This document shows, in pieces, positions 1 to 12,800 of a stretch of 64,000 bases of DNA. Made by a program: the position numbers and the translations under genes. Below the pieces are notes generated by a model. It saw only the letters and a list, made by a program, of their open reading frames with translations, had not been told where the DNA came from and made no database searches. How positions within the stretch are numbered: the first letter of the stretch is position 1; each line of letters begins with the position of its first letter. Origin of the DNA: Diadema antillarum (lineage: Eukaryota); NCBI RefSeq assembly GCF_040938485.1, contig NW_027271077.1, forward strand, positions 1,116,001 to 1,180,000. The letters are read 5' to 3'.

Positions 1-260
1 CAAGGCATAGCATCAAGCACATTTGTGAGCTCAAAGTTATACAAAGTTTTATGTTTAAAAAAATCATCACTAATTTGTTATTGTTGTTATTCTTCCACTC
101 TACACACGAGGCAAACAAGAAAAAGAAAAAGAAAATCTCTGCTGCCTAATATCTTATTGAATATCACAAAATATGTCTGTATCAAACTCTGTGGACTTCA
201 TGTGACTTCATTCATGGACCTTCCTGCAAATATTGGCAACAGTATTTTGGAGGACATTAC

Positions 261-618
261 AGGTCCTGTTTACCTTTGGGAACACTGATTTAAAAAGTTT
301 TCCAGATATGATATTTAATGCATATGTGTAGGTGTGTTGTACCATAAAACATCCTATCATATACAATTTTTGCGATAAAGCCTAAAATATGAGGAGAGAT
401 CTGTATTTTTCTCAATAAACTGTAACTGTAGACAGTTTAGTCTGGAAACATTTCATTATGATTATTGTTCGCATTTTGTATATTTAACAATACTTAACAT
501 CGATTTTACCTATTCACATTTTTACAGTGGTTGTTTCTATCCCTAACTCACATTTTATAATTATTTCAAAGCACTAATACTGGGTTTTTGTGCCATCTGC
601 AAATGGTAAATTATGCCT
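261..618. mobile_element. Kolobok-like non-autonomous DNA element (AGG...CCT, TTAA target)
   Basis: Near-identical family copy at 23229-23783; ends CCT|TTAA. Confidence 0.65.
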
Positions 619-732
619 TTAATGCTGACAGAGGTGAGATTTGACACAGGAGACATTGAAATAAGAGGATGGAGAGCAATCTTGTCACAAGAGCAGACAC
701 AAAGCATTAACAGTGTGGGGCAAAGGGCTTAC

Positions 733-851
733 TTTGGCATGAGAATGGCCTCCCCTTCAGCTGATATCATGGCCCTAACTGTCGGTGGTAACTTGGGCTC
801 CTTCATGATGTCAAGACTCTTGATGTTACCAAAACACTTCACCAGATGGGG
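733..851 (-). CDS. DNAH14: Dynein coding exon 29 ([21 protein letters not shown]); the next exon lies outside the window
   Basis: PHLxKCF and SAEGE motifs; donor AA|GTAAGC. Confidence 0.93.
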
Positions 852-3800
852 CTGGGGGAACAAAAAGGAGGATAACACTTAGAGCTTTGAGCTGTGCTGG
901 AATTCAGTCGATGGTAGTATGGTTGACAAGAGAATTAAAGCACTCATTTTCATTAATATGACACAATTTTGACATCTTTTGATGATTTCAACTGGCAAAA
1001 GGCAATTGGTTCATGTTCATATTGAGACCCATGAACAGACACAACTGGCTACACAATTCAAACAAACATATCTCACAGAAATGTAACCTTATGAAAATGT
1101 ATTGGCAATATGATATAAGAACTTATATATGCTTTCAAATGACACATCAATACTGCAATTGCAATCAAATCAATGCTTTACTGACAAGAACTGTTTTTTT
1201 TTTCCTTTACAATTACCATTACCATACTCTTGGAAAATAACCTCGCAGGCTCATCATGTGTAAAATTGTTCATTTCTGTATCACAATTTATGTGCTTTTG
1301 AATGTTTCAACCACTAATAACATCTCAATAATGCAGTCCTCTCCATTTTTTTTTCACATTCTGAACATATTCATATACAACTATGTGTGATCATGTTCAG
1401 ATGGTACAAAACTGCTATACATGGAACGTTGTTGGAAAGAACAATTCAATGTTTGAAAACAAATCCGCTGGTCTCATGGTACAGTATGAAATGATCCAGT
1501 GAATAGCTGTGCCTCTGTTGTGGTATTGGCCCAATGGGCACGAACTCCATTTATTCAACGCGCAGGTATACCAATTGTCATCACTGTGTGATTTGGCTTG
1601 ATTCAACACACTGGTTCCGGCGGTCAAAGAATAAAGACTTCAACTTTTGTATTCCCACGCTATTATCACAAAATATGTGTACTGTGGTTTATTGTCCAGT
1701 GTCAAGTTGTCATCAAACCACGTAGTACAACAGCCTCCACCTACAATGGCTACTCGCTGACCAGTGTCTTCTGACCTCTGACCTCTGACCTCTGACCTAC
1801 CTGGACTGCATCGGGGTTCTTGCTCTGGGCCAGAATGTCCAGCAGGTCATCATTGCTGAGAAAGTAGAACCTTGGAAACACCAGTCTCTTGGTCTCCAGG
1901 TAGTCCTGTCAACACATGATCATAAAATAGCATATATATGTGGTATATTTCACAATATTTTTAACTTTAACAGTACATTTGGGGAGTCAATCGATATTTG
2001 CAAAAGTAAAAGCTCACAAAAATATTGCCTCCCATAACACAAAAGTGTTGTATATTATAATCCAAGTTAAAAGTATCTGAGATTAAGTCACTATGGTTTG
2101 AACAGGAATTCAATCACTAGCGAAATTGTCTCACAAGTTCCAATTCAAAAAATATTATTCTCATGAAATATATGGGATATACAGCAATAAATAATGGAAA
2201 TGATGGTGATTAAGATTACATCACCCTTGATGACAAGTGCTTTAAATCAATCTATACATTGCTCGATTTGCACACAAGAGAAATACGACACTAGATTCAC
2301 TGAAGTGCTGTTCAACAGGTCAAGACTTTGTGATTTCACTTGCACTGAGCAAGTGTGAGTCTTTCCGTTCTCTTTCCATACTTTCTTTCCCCTTTTCCTC
2401 CAGGGAGGTGGGGCTAACATCGCGAGGGAAGAGAAAGGCCTACCTCAAGGCACTTGTGAATTTTCTCCAAGTTGGAGTTGTTGGTCTGGAGAATCTCCAG
2501 TACACCGGGCATGGTGGCACATCGCAGCGCGTTTGGCCGGTCCTCGGTCCGCCTCATGATGTCCTTCCATGCCTTGTCCACTGACGCAAACAACTTCGCC
2601 TCGGTGGGCAGTTGCCTAGATGCATACATAAATTGACGAACAAATATTGACTACTTTGGCAGATAGATGAGAAGATAACTACACAGATTCATATATTTAC
2701 ATTTTACTATCACATAGCCACTTAAACCATCACAATTGGAACATTAAGTCTTATTGCTTGAATTTGTTTTTATCTAAACTTCACTTTAACTTTGATGATG
2801 GCATAGTTGGTGCTGAGAGTCACCCCTCCCGGATCTGGGATTCCAAAAACAGAACCATCTGCTCTTGGTGATAGCATTAACCAGGAGAATCATTATCAAA
2901 TATCTTATATCACCTTCATCAGAGGTAACTTCATCACCTATAGGTAGTGTGTAACAGATGCTGCTCATGGGCATACTGTAATTTGCTTCCTATAATGTTG
3001 GAAGAAATATCATTTTAGCATGAGCATGAGATGTGACAATCTTTTGCCTGATGTATGATATGATTGTAAACACATGAAGTTTTATGGAAAATAAAGTACC
3101 TCAAATGAGGAGAATAGAAAACAAAAAATCTTTTGCATGATTCCATAATTTCATCTGCCAGACTCTGACGACAATCTTCAAATGGAAGCAATGACTGTGT
3201 GAGTGAGTGAGTGAATGAATTTCTCACCTCTGGATATCTGGTGTGGTGAAGATTTGCTCCAGGTAGAGCCAGTTCCTCTGGCATATCATCCATTCATCCA
3301 GAGTCCTGGCAAACACACTCAGCTTCCTGTCCCACTCATCAACCAGGGCCTATGGAAATAACATCCATATCATGCTCTTAATAACCCTTAATAATAGCTC
3401 TTAGTAAGCCCGGCACTTTATAGCTTAACTTGCTAAAAGCTTTTTCATCAGCAATCAGTAATCCATCCAAACTGGACCTAGTGGAAAATTTGAAAAGACC
3501 ACTACAGGTGTAGCAATGTTCCTCAGTACAACTGGACAACCATGGTAAATCATTATGGACTAGTGGGATTAAGTAATCTCTATTCATTGACTACTGTATA
3601 CGCCATATATTTAGTGAGTCTAAATTTTCACGAATCGGGACTTCCTCACGATTTCACGAGTGGTTAAATTCACGATCATGGAGTACACAGCACTGAACGC
3701 AGAAATGTATACGTGTGCGTCACATTCATATCGAGGATCAGAATCATCATTTTCGGGTGTCTTTAATTTCGCGAATAGCACCTGACTTGCGAAATTCGCG

Positions 3801-6800
3801 AAAATAAAAACCTCGCGAAACATTTGGTGCATACAGTAATAGATTCAAAACATCTGCATCAATCAGCCAACAAAGCATTCCATTAAGCATTCCAGATAGA
3901 GATACAAAGCACAGAAAGGACTAACAGTAATCATGGTCATGCAATTTGTTGTCATACTGGAACAGATGAAGTATTTGCTGCTTCTAAACATCACATTTGT
4001 CTTGATATATGCATACGTAATCATGAAATATATACATAAAATGGAAAACAGTTACAAAGACTCTTTTCCCCATTCTCTTCTGTAATTTCTGTTGGCTGAC
4101 TTAGAAAGCTATATATCTAACTAGTAGGGAAATAAAGATGGCAATCAAAAGCAGCATGAATCATTTGAATTTACTGAAACACAATAAAAGTATCCCATTG
4201 TAAGCATAGAGCAAATAACAAACACCCCTCTAGCTTAGATACAATTTCTTGAACAAAACCATAATTGTGCATTCAGTGGTTGTCATTCAGCTTTTTATCA
4301 ACTTCTGTGATATTCTCCTACAAGAAAGGAGATGTACAATATTGGCTATTGTACAAAACAACAAAAACAAAACAAAACAATGTAAACTAACACTCCTTTT
4401 GAATCTTTTCATTATTGTTTTGATTTGATCTTGTGTATTTCTTATGTAAATCTCACCATGGATATCATAAAGATCTGAGAAATGGAAAAAACATTTTTAC
4501 ATACCTTGATGGGAGTCACGTATCTTGAGCCTCTAATGGTTGCTATGGTGACCTGGCTCTCCTCCAGCTGTGTCATGATGTCGTCTGCTCCGGCGATGAT
4601 CATGAAGTCACGGCCACTGTGTGGCACCAGGCGATAGTCTGTGACTCGCCACAGGTCAATCACCTGTTGGGAAAAAGAGAGAGAGCATTGCTATAAGAAT
4701 GACATTTTCAATTAAATTAATGCATTCACATACCCAAAATACTCGCATCATGGAAAATCTTCCCCTGCTTGCCATATGCAATGTTTAGTATGATGTTTGC
4801 TAAATGAATGATCATATGATATGATGAATTATGAATGTTTGGTGCATCAATGAGAAGGTTCTTCTAGGAACAGGAACTTAGAAGTGATGCACAACAGCAG
4901 ATAAATGAAACTATGAGCTAATATTCTGGCAACATGAAAGATGAGTTGAGACTGATTATCACCGATCAGTGCCATGTGACCTTGGCTGTCTGCATCATGT
5001 GACTTCATTGCCCCATGAATGTTGTCATTTCCATGTTCCCTGCTTGATTTTGTTGTGAGAACTTCACTGTTGAGTAATATCCTCTCTACACTAAAATTCC
5101 ACAATAAAGACTCTGCAGACAGAATTATGTTGTTTGGAACACACTATTTGCATGATTTGCAATAAAAAAAAATCAATCTGAACTATAACATCTTCATGAA
5201 AAACAGCACAAAATCATCAGGCATACTTGGTCATTATGGACTGAAATCCTAAAATACAAAAAAAAAAGAAGACATATTTCCCAAGAACAAAAGATTATTC
5301 TTAAAAACAGATTGTCTTGGCAGTGAATCTTTATTTCTTGCACACGTATGTATGTAACAAGTCCCCTCATCTCCAACTTTCATGAAAGAAAATTGAACAA
5401 GGAGGGGTATCAACTTACCTTGTTCAACATGACCTCCAGGGTAGCTTCATTGCTGGCTGTGGTTGAGATGTCATTAATGTTGTCTTTGTACTCAAACAGC
5501 TGAAATATGAGAGACAAAAATTTGACTTCATATGACTCTGTGAACTCAGAAACAAGAGTGAATCTAATCAACACTATGACCATAAATTATAAATAAAAAA
5601 AATAAAGAACTGTTTATTACAGTATGACAGTGATTTCATATTAGCCAATATGAAGACATTTCTGAAAGTGTAGCGTGACTCTGTTTACAGCCTGTGTTAC
5701 TGAGTTATTAACTATGGGGCAGGACTTACATTTACACATGACGGCCGCAAGGGGCATCAAATTATAGACAATTCATCCAGTTATACAAAATGTATGACCT
5801 CTTAAAACACAGCTATGTAGACACTATAGTCTCAATGCTGATGTTTGAATAGCATTTTTAGCAATATGATCTTTTCATGACTCTACACAACCATGGTGCA
5901 GTAAAGCGAGTTAAAGGCTTGCTGATATATACCAGCAAGGCAGATATATGACTCCAGGGTTCAATAATGACATCGTGGCTGATTAATCCTTTATGTGGTC
6001 AGGCACATAGCTTAGCTTGCAAAGCTTTTTCATCACCATTCTATAATCCATCCAAACTTGACCTAGCTTTAAAGTTAGCAAGCCCAATCAGGTGTAGCAG
6101 TATGCCTCAGTTCAACAGGATGGCTACAGTGACACAATAGGGATTAAGGGGATTATTCAAACTACTCTCTATTCATTGACAATCAGTTTCCAGACATCTG
6201 TACCAATCAGCAAAGAAAGCACAGTGCGAGTTAATGACACTGCGGCTCATGAATGTCATTGTAAAAGATGAATCCCACTGTGGCTAATGATTTGATAGTA
6301 CGGTCAATAAATGGTTCAACTGAGTTCACTAACCTGCAGTTCCAGGAACTTTCCTAGAGTGAAGTTCTTGTCTCTAATGATGGCCCTTCCAATCAGATTC
6401 TGGATCTCTTGCCAGTGCCTGGACCTCAGTGCTGGGTTCCGGAGGGCTGTAATAACTGGCATGCCTTGCTTGAAATTCAGCACTCGTTCCTTGAGCCTGG
6501 GCAGCACCTCATTTGGAGGTAGACCTGGGAATGACAGATTCAGGTCATTTATTTCAAACAGAGCACTCAGTTCACAAAGGAAAAAAACAAAGTGAACTGT
6601 CTCTTCAAACTTTTATTCTTTTCTACAACTCTTTTTTTTTAAATATCTCTACTGTTAATCTTCTTCAGATCTTACCTTCCTATAACCAACACTTTACTTT
6701 AAAATCAAAGCAGGTCTTCCACAGATCTCACAGTTTACTAATAGTGCCATGTAAGAAGGAGAAGCAGAAATATGCAACATATGAACATAATACAAAGGCG

Positions 6801-9800
6801 CACTACACAGAAATGTGATGTTTCATTCCCTGATTAGTTAATGACTTGTGTGATTCTTTGGAAGCTACTGGCAAACAAGTTGTGCAAAATGAAGAAATGC
6901 AGTTCCCTTTCATATAATTCTGATCACACAGATCCTAGAGATCTCAAACTGCAAAGTGAAGTCCTGGTTATAGGGCCTACCTTTCTCCAGCATGAAGACG
7001 GTCTGAGTGAATTTGCTGACATTCTTCTGCATGATATCGACGTTGAGTTCATCGAACTGGGTCTCCGTCCAGTCGTCCACCAAGCTGCCCCACTCGTCGG
7101 AAGACTCCCACAGAAGCTTTCTCAGCTGCAGCTCTCGCTCTATCTCTGACAGCTCGGCAATGATCTGCTGGGCACTGGCACTCCGATCACTGTAGTCACT
7201 TATCATTAGCTCTCTGCATGATTTATGAAGAAGTAACAGGTCATATTCAATGTATATCAAGAGAAATTGATATACAGATGGCTACGTTCAAGGAAAACTG
7301 CCTCAAAGAGAACATTGTGTGTAACAAAGGAACAATCAAAGCAAAACATCAGCAAAAAAGCAATCAGAAAATTTGGGCAAGTATATTCCGAATCTAGTGT
7401 GACTAAAAAAGTGAATTATTTGAGAAATCTTGAAAGGAGGCTAACTCCAGCACATGAACACGAACATATATGAATTATTTGTAAATTATATGTTTATCTA
7501 ATGGAAAGTATATATGAAATAATATTATAATTTTGATGTTTATATATCGCATTCGGGAGTCTGATTGTGCACCATATATGCGTTGGGCAGAGGGTCCTGA
7601 GTGCGGCAAATGAGGGATCTAGGTCTGTGTGCGCGACCGAGAAGCCTGCTCAATGTAACGAGCCGGGCTGATCAGAGTTTGCCATCAGCATGCACCAGAA
7701 CTTATTTGTCCCAACCGTATAACAGCAGACACATAGCGCGCATAAAAATGATAGTAAAAAAATTATTATTTTTTATTTATTTATTATATGTAAAATAATT
7801 ATATTTTAAAGATAAAGGCGTAAATATTCATATTTGAATGACGCGCCTCAAATACAAAAACAACAACAACAACACAACAAGAGGCACTCACTCAGACAGT
7901 CCTCGGGCCTTGTTTTGGGTGGAGATGGAGCTGCCGAATCGGTCCTGGTAACTGGCATAGCTCCTGGCCTTCCCTGAGATGGCATTGAGCTCATCATTAA
8001 GGAGCTTCAGATTCTCCATGGCGACCACTGCCAGGGTGTCCGCACTGAGCAAAGTGGGCTCCTGCACCCTGATGCGGATGTCAAACGCCTCCGACTATAG
8101 GGCAAGTAGTGTGACAAATTGAGAAAAACACAATAATGGTAAAATCGGCATAAACTGGCACAAACCCTAAATCGGACATTAACATCACTTAGACAAACAT
8201 TATTTCTACACGAAAATTTTGTACTGTTTGATATTCGTCTTGCCATTCGTTTTGAATGAAATGGTAGACCTGGTTTTTTTGTATATGTTTTACTCACATT
8301 GCCTTGACCCTGAATAAAGTCATGATTAAACAATAAAATATACACACAGTAGTGAGTAGGAATTGCTGCTTTTACAGCTCAAGTCATGACTGATAATTAT
8401 GATGATTGTGCTGACACAATACACTTAGTGGGGCAGATATGTGAAAAAGATGCTCACATCCGGCGGAAAGTATGAAATTTTGCATATAGGGGTATTTAGA
8501 GGCGTTAGTTTCAAAAATTGCCGGATCCAAGAGATCTGGCCACGGGGTCGGCCGCCATTTTGAATTCAAATATGGCCGCCGTCAAAGATCCCTATTTTCA
8601 GTTCTGAATGACATAAGTCATTGAAATTTGATACATAAAAGCAAGGTGATATGATGACTTCAATAACAGACTTATCTGATATGTCTGACAACCTGCATGG
8701 CAGCCAATTTGAATTTTTATGCACAGTTGCCATGTTGGAGTGTTGAAAATCTCTATCTCGGGTTTGTAAATTAGGCTACCTGATTGAGCGCAAGTTTGTA
8801 ACTGATTGAGTGCGCGCTGCTGTATTTACATTGTGACGTCAGTGAAAGGTGCATTATGCTTCCTTTTTGCTGCACTTTTTGGCATGCCTGTGAATGTTAG
8901 TCGTGATGTTTGTCTTCGCAGCCGCATTGGAATTCAAAATAGCGTTTGTCAGACACATCACATTAGTTGATATTTCAACTCAGTATGTTAAAATACTTGT
9001 TTACACCGAATTTCAGCGTCACTCACCACTTAAACATCGAGATAGGGATTTTGAATATTTCGTCGAGGCGGCCATATTGGAATTCAAAATGGCGGCCATT
9101 CGATGTTTGTCAGACACTTAAAATCATTCTGTCATCAAATTCAATATGTCAAAACGCTCATGTGTACCAAATTTTGGTGCCACAGGTCATTCAGAACTGA
9201 AGATAGGGATCTTAAAATTTGTTTTGTGATGGCGGCCATATTGGAATTTGTGATGGCGGCCATATTGGAATTCAAAATGGCGGCCGACCCCGTGGCCAGA
9301 TCTCTTGGATCCGGCAATATTTGAAATCAGTGCCCCCAAATACCCCTACATGCAAAATTTTATACTTTCCGCCGGATTTGAGCATCTCGACCAATTTTTG
9401 CTACATATCTGCCCTACTAACTGGTTTTAAGGATTATGAGACCACCTACACTGTACATTCTTCTAGCCTGAGAACAAAGCTACTGAAGTAAACTTAATCA
9501 CTTGGAGGTATACAATTACAACCTAAGACAGCTACACATTGTGCAAGATAATACAAATATAGTGCAAAATTATGAACTTGGCTTTAATGGGTCCACACAG
9601 TAAGCTGTGTTTCTTTCGATATTTCCGATTTGTTCTTTATACAAAGTAAGTATACGTAGATGGGATTTACCAAGAGACTCCTGATGTGGATGTTGAGGTC
9701 GTCACTGAACTTGCTGATATTTTCATCCTTCTTGGCTTCGCAGTACATGATGGTGGACTGGAATGCAAAATTGGAACAAAAATACATATTGCATCTCACT

Positions 9801-12800
9801 TCAGACAAAATAATAGTAAACATCAAATGAAAGACAAAGCATGATACTTGACATTGTAAAGATAGGATAGTGTAGCAAAGGATCACCATAAGAACAACAA
9901 AATTTACAAATGCTCAATATGAGTATAAATGATGCATGTGTCTATATGGTTATGACGTGGAAGTGTCCACATTCTTTTATCAATTGACTGCTTCTACTGA
10001 CAGAATGTTGAATATTAGAAGATACACAGTCAGACCTCAATTATCAGGCCATCTAGGTATATTGGTATATCATAAGAGTATAAAGCTTTAGCTTGTCCTC
10101 AGCGGATAAGTTCTGTATGTGCCCAACTACTTGATAAAAATGAAACAAGGGACATTTTATGTACAAAGCAAATGGGAGGGTTCTCAACACCAAGACCACA
10201 CAGGGTTCCCAATTTGTCTGTACTCTCTAAACTTTTACAACTCATAACTATGTTAATGGGTCTGATTTTTTTTCCCAAATTTTCACTGATGAATTAACTT
10301 CTCTGATTTTTCTGTTTCCTTCAAAGCAACACAATATCAGGATGAAATGTCGTTTTGAGGGTCTACAGCCCCATCCACTCCACCACAGTACTACAAAAGA
10401 TGTTGAGCAGAAGTTAATTCAGGGACTACATCTCATGATTATGAATTGCCATTCTGTTTATTTTCTTACTTGGTTGCAAAAAATGCCATACCTTGAGGTG
10501 TTGGAAGCTTGGCATGAGAGTCTGGTACAAGGCTAACTCCTCTGGTTCGATGGGGACGTCAAAGTCCTTGGCAATGGTGAAGAGCCTAGTGACAACAAAA
10601 TACTCCTTTTCCAAGGCCGGCAGCTCGGACCCCATCCTGGACAGGAAGGAGAGATGCTCCACAAACTCCTCCACGGACTGAGGCATGTGGTCAAGCTTCT
10701 TGGATGCACTCTGGACAGACACAGACAGGAGACAATTAATGCCCTTTGGTCAGCAGGTCTATTCACATCTGAGGATATCACATTTCCACTATTCTACAGG
10801 TCTGGTTCCAGTGAAACAGAGTACAATTGTACTATATATTTGCTAGGGCCTGGGTGATATCAACATACCGCGACACTTTGCAGTGCAAAGGTGGTATACC
10901 TTATTGTGAACCATTGTAACTCCTGTTTTATCTCAACCAGGGGGAATCAGTTGGCACACAAAGTAACCTTGATGAACATTGAACATACTTAAGATTTTGC
11001 ATTCAATGATTCTTCTGACATTACGTTCAAATATGACAGTACACTGAAGATCCAAGTTGGCTTATAGACTTGGTTACATACGTGTAGCACCCAAGGTGAG
11101 AGGTTTATATGAACACTAAGCACTCAATGATGAAGTGCTCTAGATGAAGCCACACTGATTGTAGTTTGCAGAATTACAGGCTCAAAGATCTGATCTGGAT
11201 ATCACCTGGCATATGATCACGACAACATCTATCCTTAATACATTCAAGTGATTCAGTATCACTGAGCCATTCCATTTGGAGGTCTTGTCACCACATACCA
11301 AATGTAATGTAATGTTGTGTCTAATCATGTCATCCCCTTGTACAAGGCAAAAACACTCTATCACACAGATAGGACTCAGATAAAGATCCTGTGTGTGACG
11401 GAGTCACAACTCAAGCATGAAAAGATCCCACTTCACTTCCTTGCAAGGAGCAGGGTGCTAACCAGATGCAGTGGTCCACCTCACATACCCACACCAGAAA
11501 ATGGGCAAATGATGCCCATGTCTCGTGGTTCACCCCAGGCAACTAGCAATAGTCAGCAAACAGTATTAACCAGGCATATTGTGCTATATTTGAAAAGAAG
11601 TGCTCTGGATTGCTTCAGCGGTAAGTAAAGGATGTCTCGGACTCTACCTTGATGACTTTGATGAGGTTTTCGTTGCGTTTGTTGGCGATGCCCGGCAGCC
11701 TGTCCTTGACAGCCGACATGACCTCACTAGGGTACGGCAGACACGTGTCCTGGAACTTCTGGCTCTGGACGTGGATCATCCCGCACCGCTTCTCCCTCTG
11801 CATCCTGTCCATGGCGTGCACCTGCAAACCACAATACATCGTTAGCCTCGATGTCTGAATCATTGATCCTCACGCTATCAGGGCCACAAGCCACATACAT
11901 ACAATTGGTATGTCAGACAACCAATTTGGGGTACCATCGTAGTGTTCCTTATGAAGTGTTTAAGCCTAATGCATTAACCTGTTGAAGGCGAGTCCCGAGT
12001 ATACTCGGGCAGGTATCTATGGGAAATGCATGTTATAGCAAAATCAGTCCATCCTTAATGGGTTAAACTAATGATAGGGCTCACTGCTTGATGCTCCACC
12101 CATATATTTCTGCAACCGATGAGGGCTGTTCGATTTTGAAGACTTGCCCAAGATACTACCAAACATCTTGCGAACTTTCAGATTAGTTACAGAACAATCA
12201 GAAATATTTTTGAGAAAGAATCATGATATCATGCCTGTAATTCCTGTGAGTTGCAGTGCAGTATTAGCTCAATAAATTCGTTCTACAATATTTTCTTCTC
12301 ATACAAATAGTCCCAGTTCTCACTGGGAAATTGCTTTAAAAACAGGACAGGGTTATGAAGATTAAATATGAATACTGATGAAATGTAACATGTGTCTGTC
12401 AAATGGATTGTTCACACTGTAAACTAAAGGCATACCATTTCAGAGTGGGTGGAGAGGACGTGGTTGAACTCTTCCGTGGTCCACTCCCGTTTCTGTAGGG
12501 AGCCCTGGACGTCCACTCGTCTGGCCTGCTCCACCATCTCAGTGTAGGGCTCAAAATTCTGGTTTGTGAAATGATGACATTTAAACAAATATAACAAGCA
12601 TCACCAAGAAAACTGCATTTATACATCATTTATAGGAATTCTAGAATCTAAACAAGACACAGAACAAGTACAAGACATCAACTTATTAAACAGCACTGTT
12701 TCGGAAATAAGCTATCTGGTTTATATTGATTAACATTTGTTCTGTATTATCTTACCAAGCAACCACCACTCCCCCTAAAAAAAAAAAATGGTAACAAATA

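Noticed and set aside
4539-4552. X-box-like GTTGCTATGGTGAC
   Set aside because: Lies inside a coding exon and is explained by the codons for conserved VTIAT.
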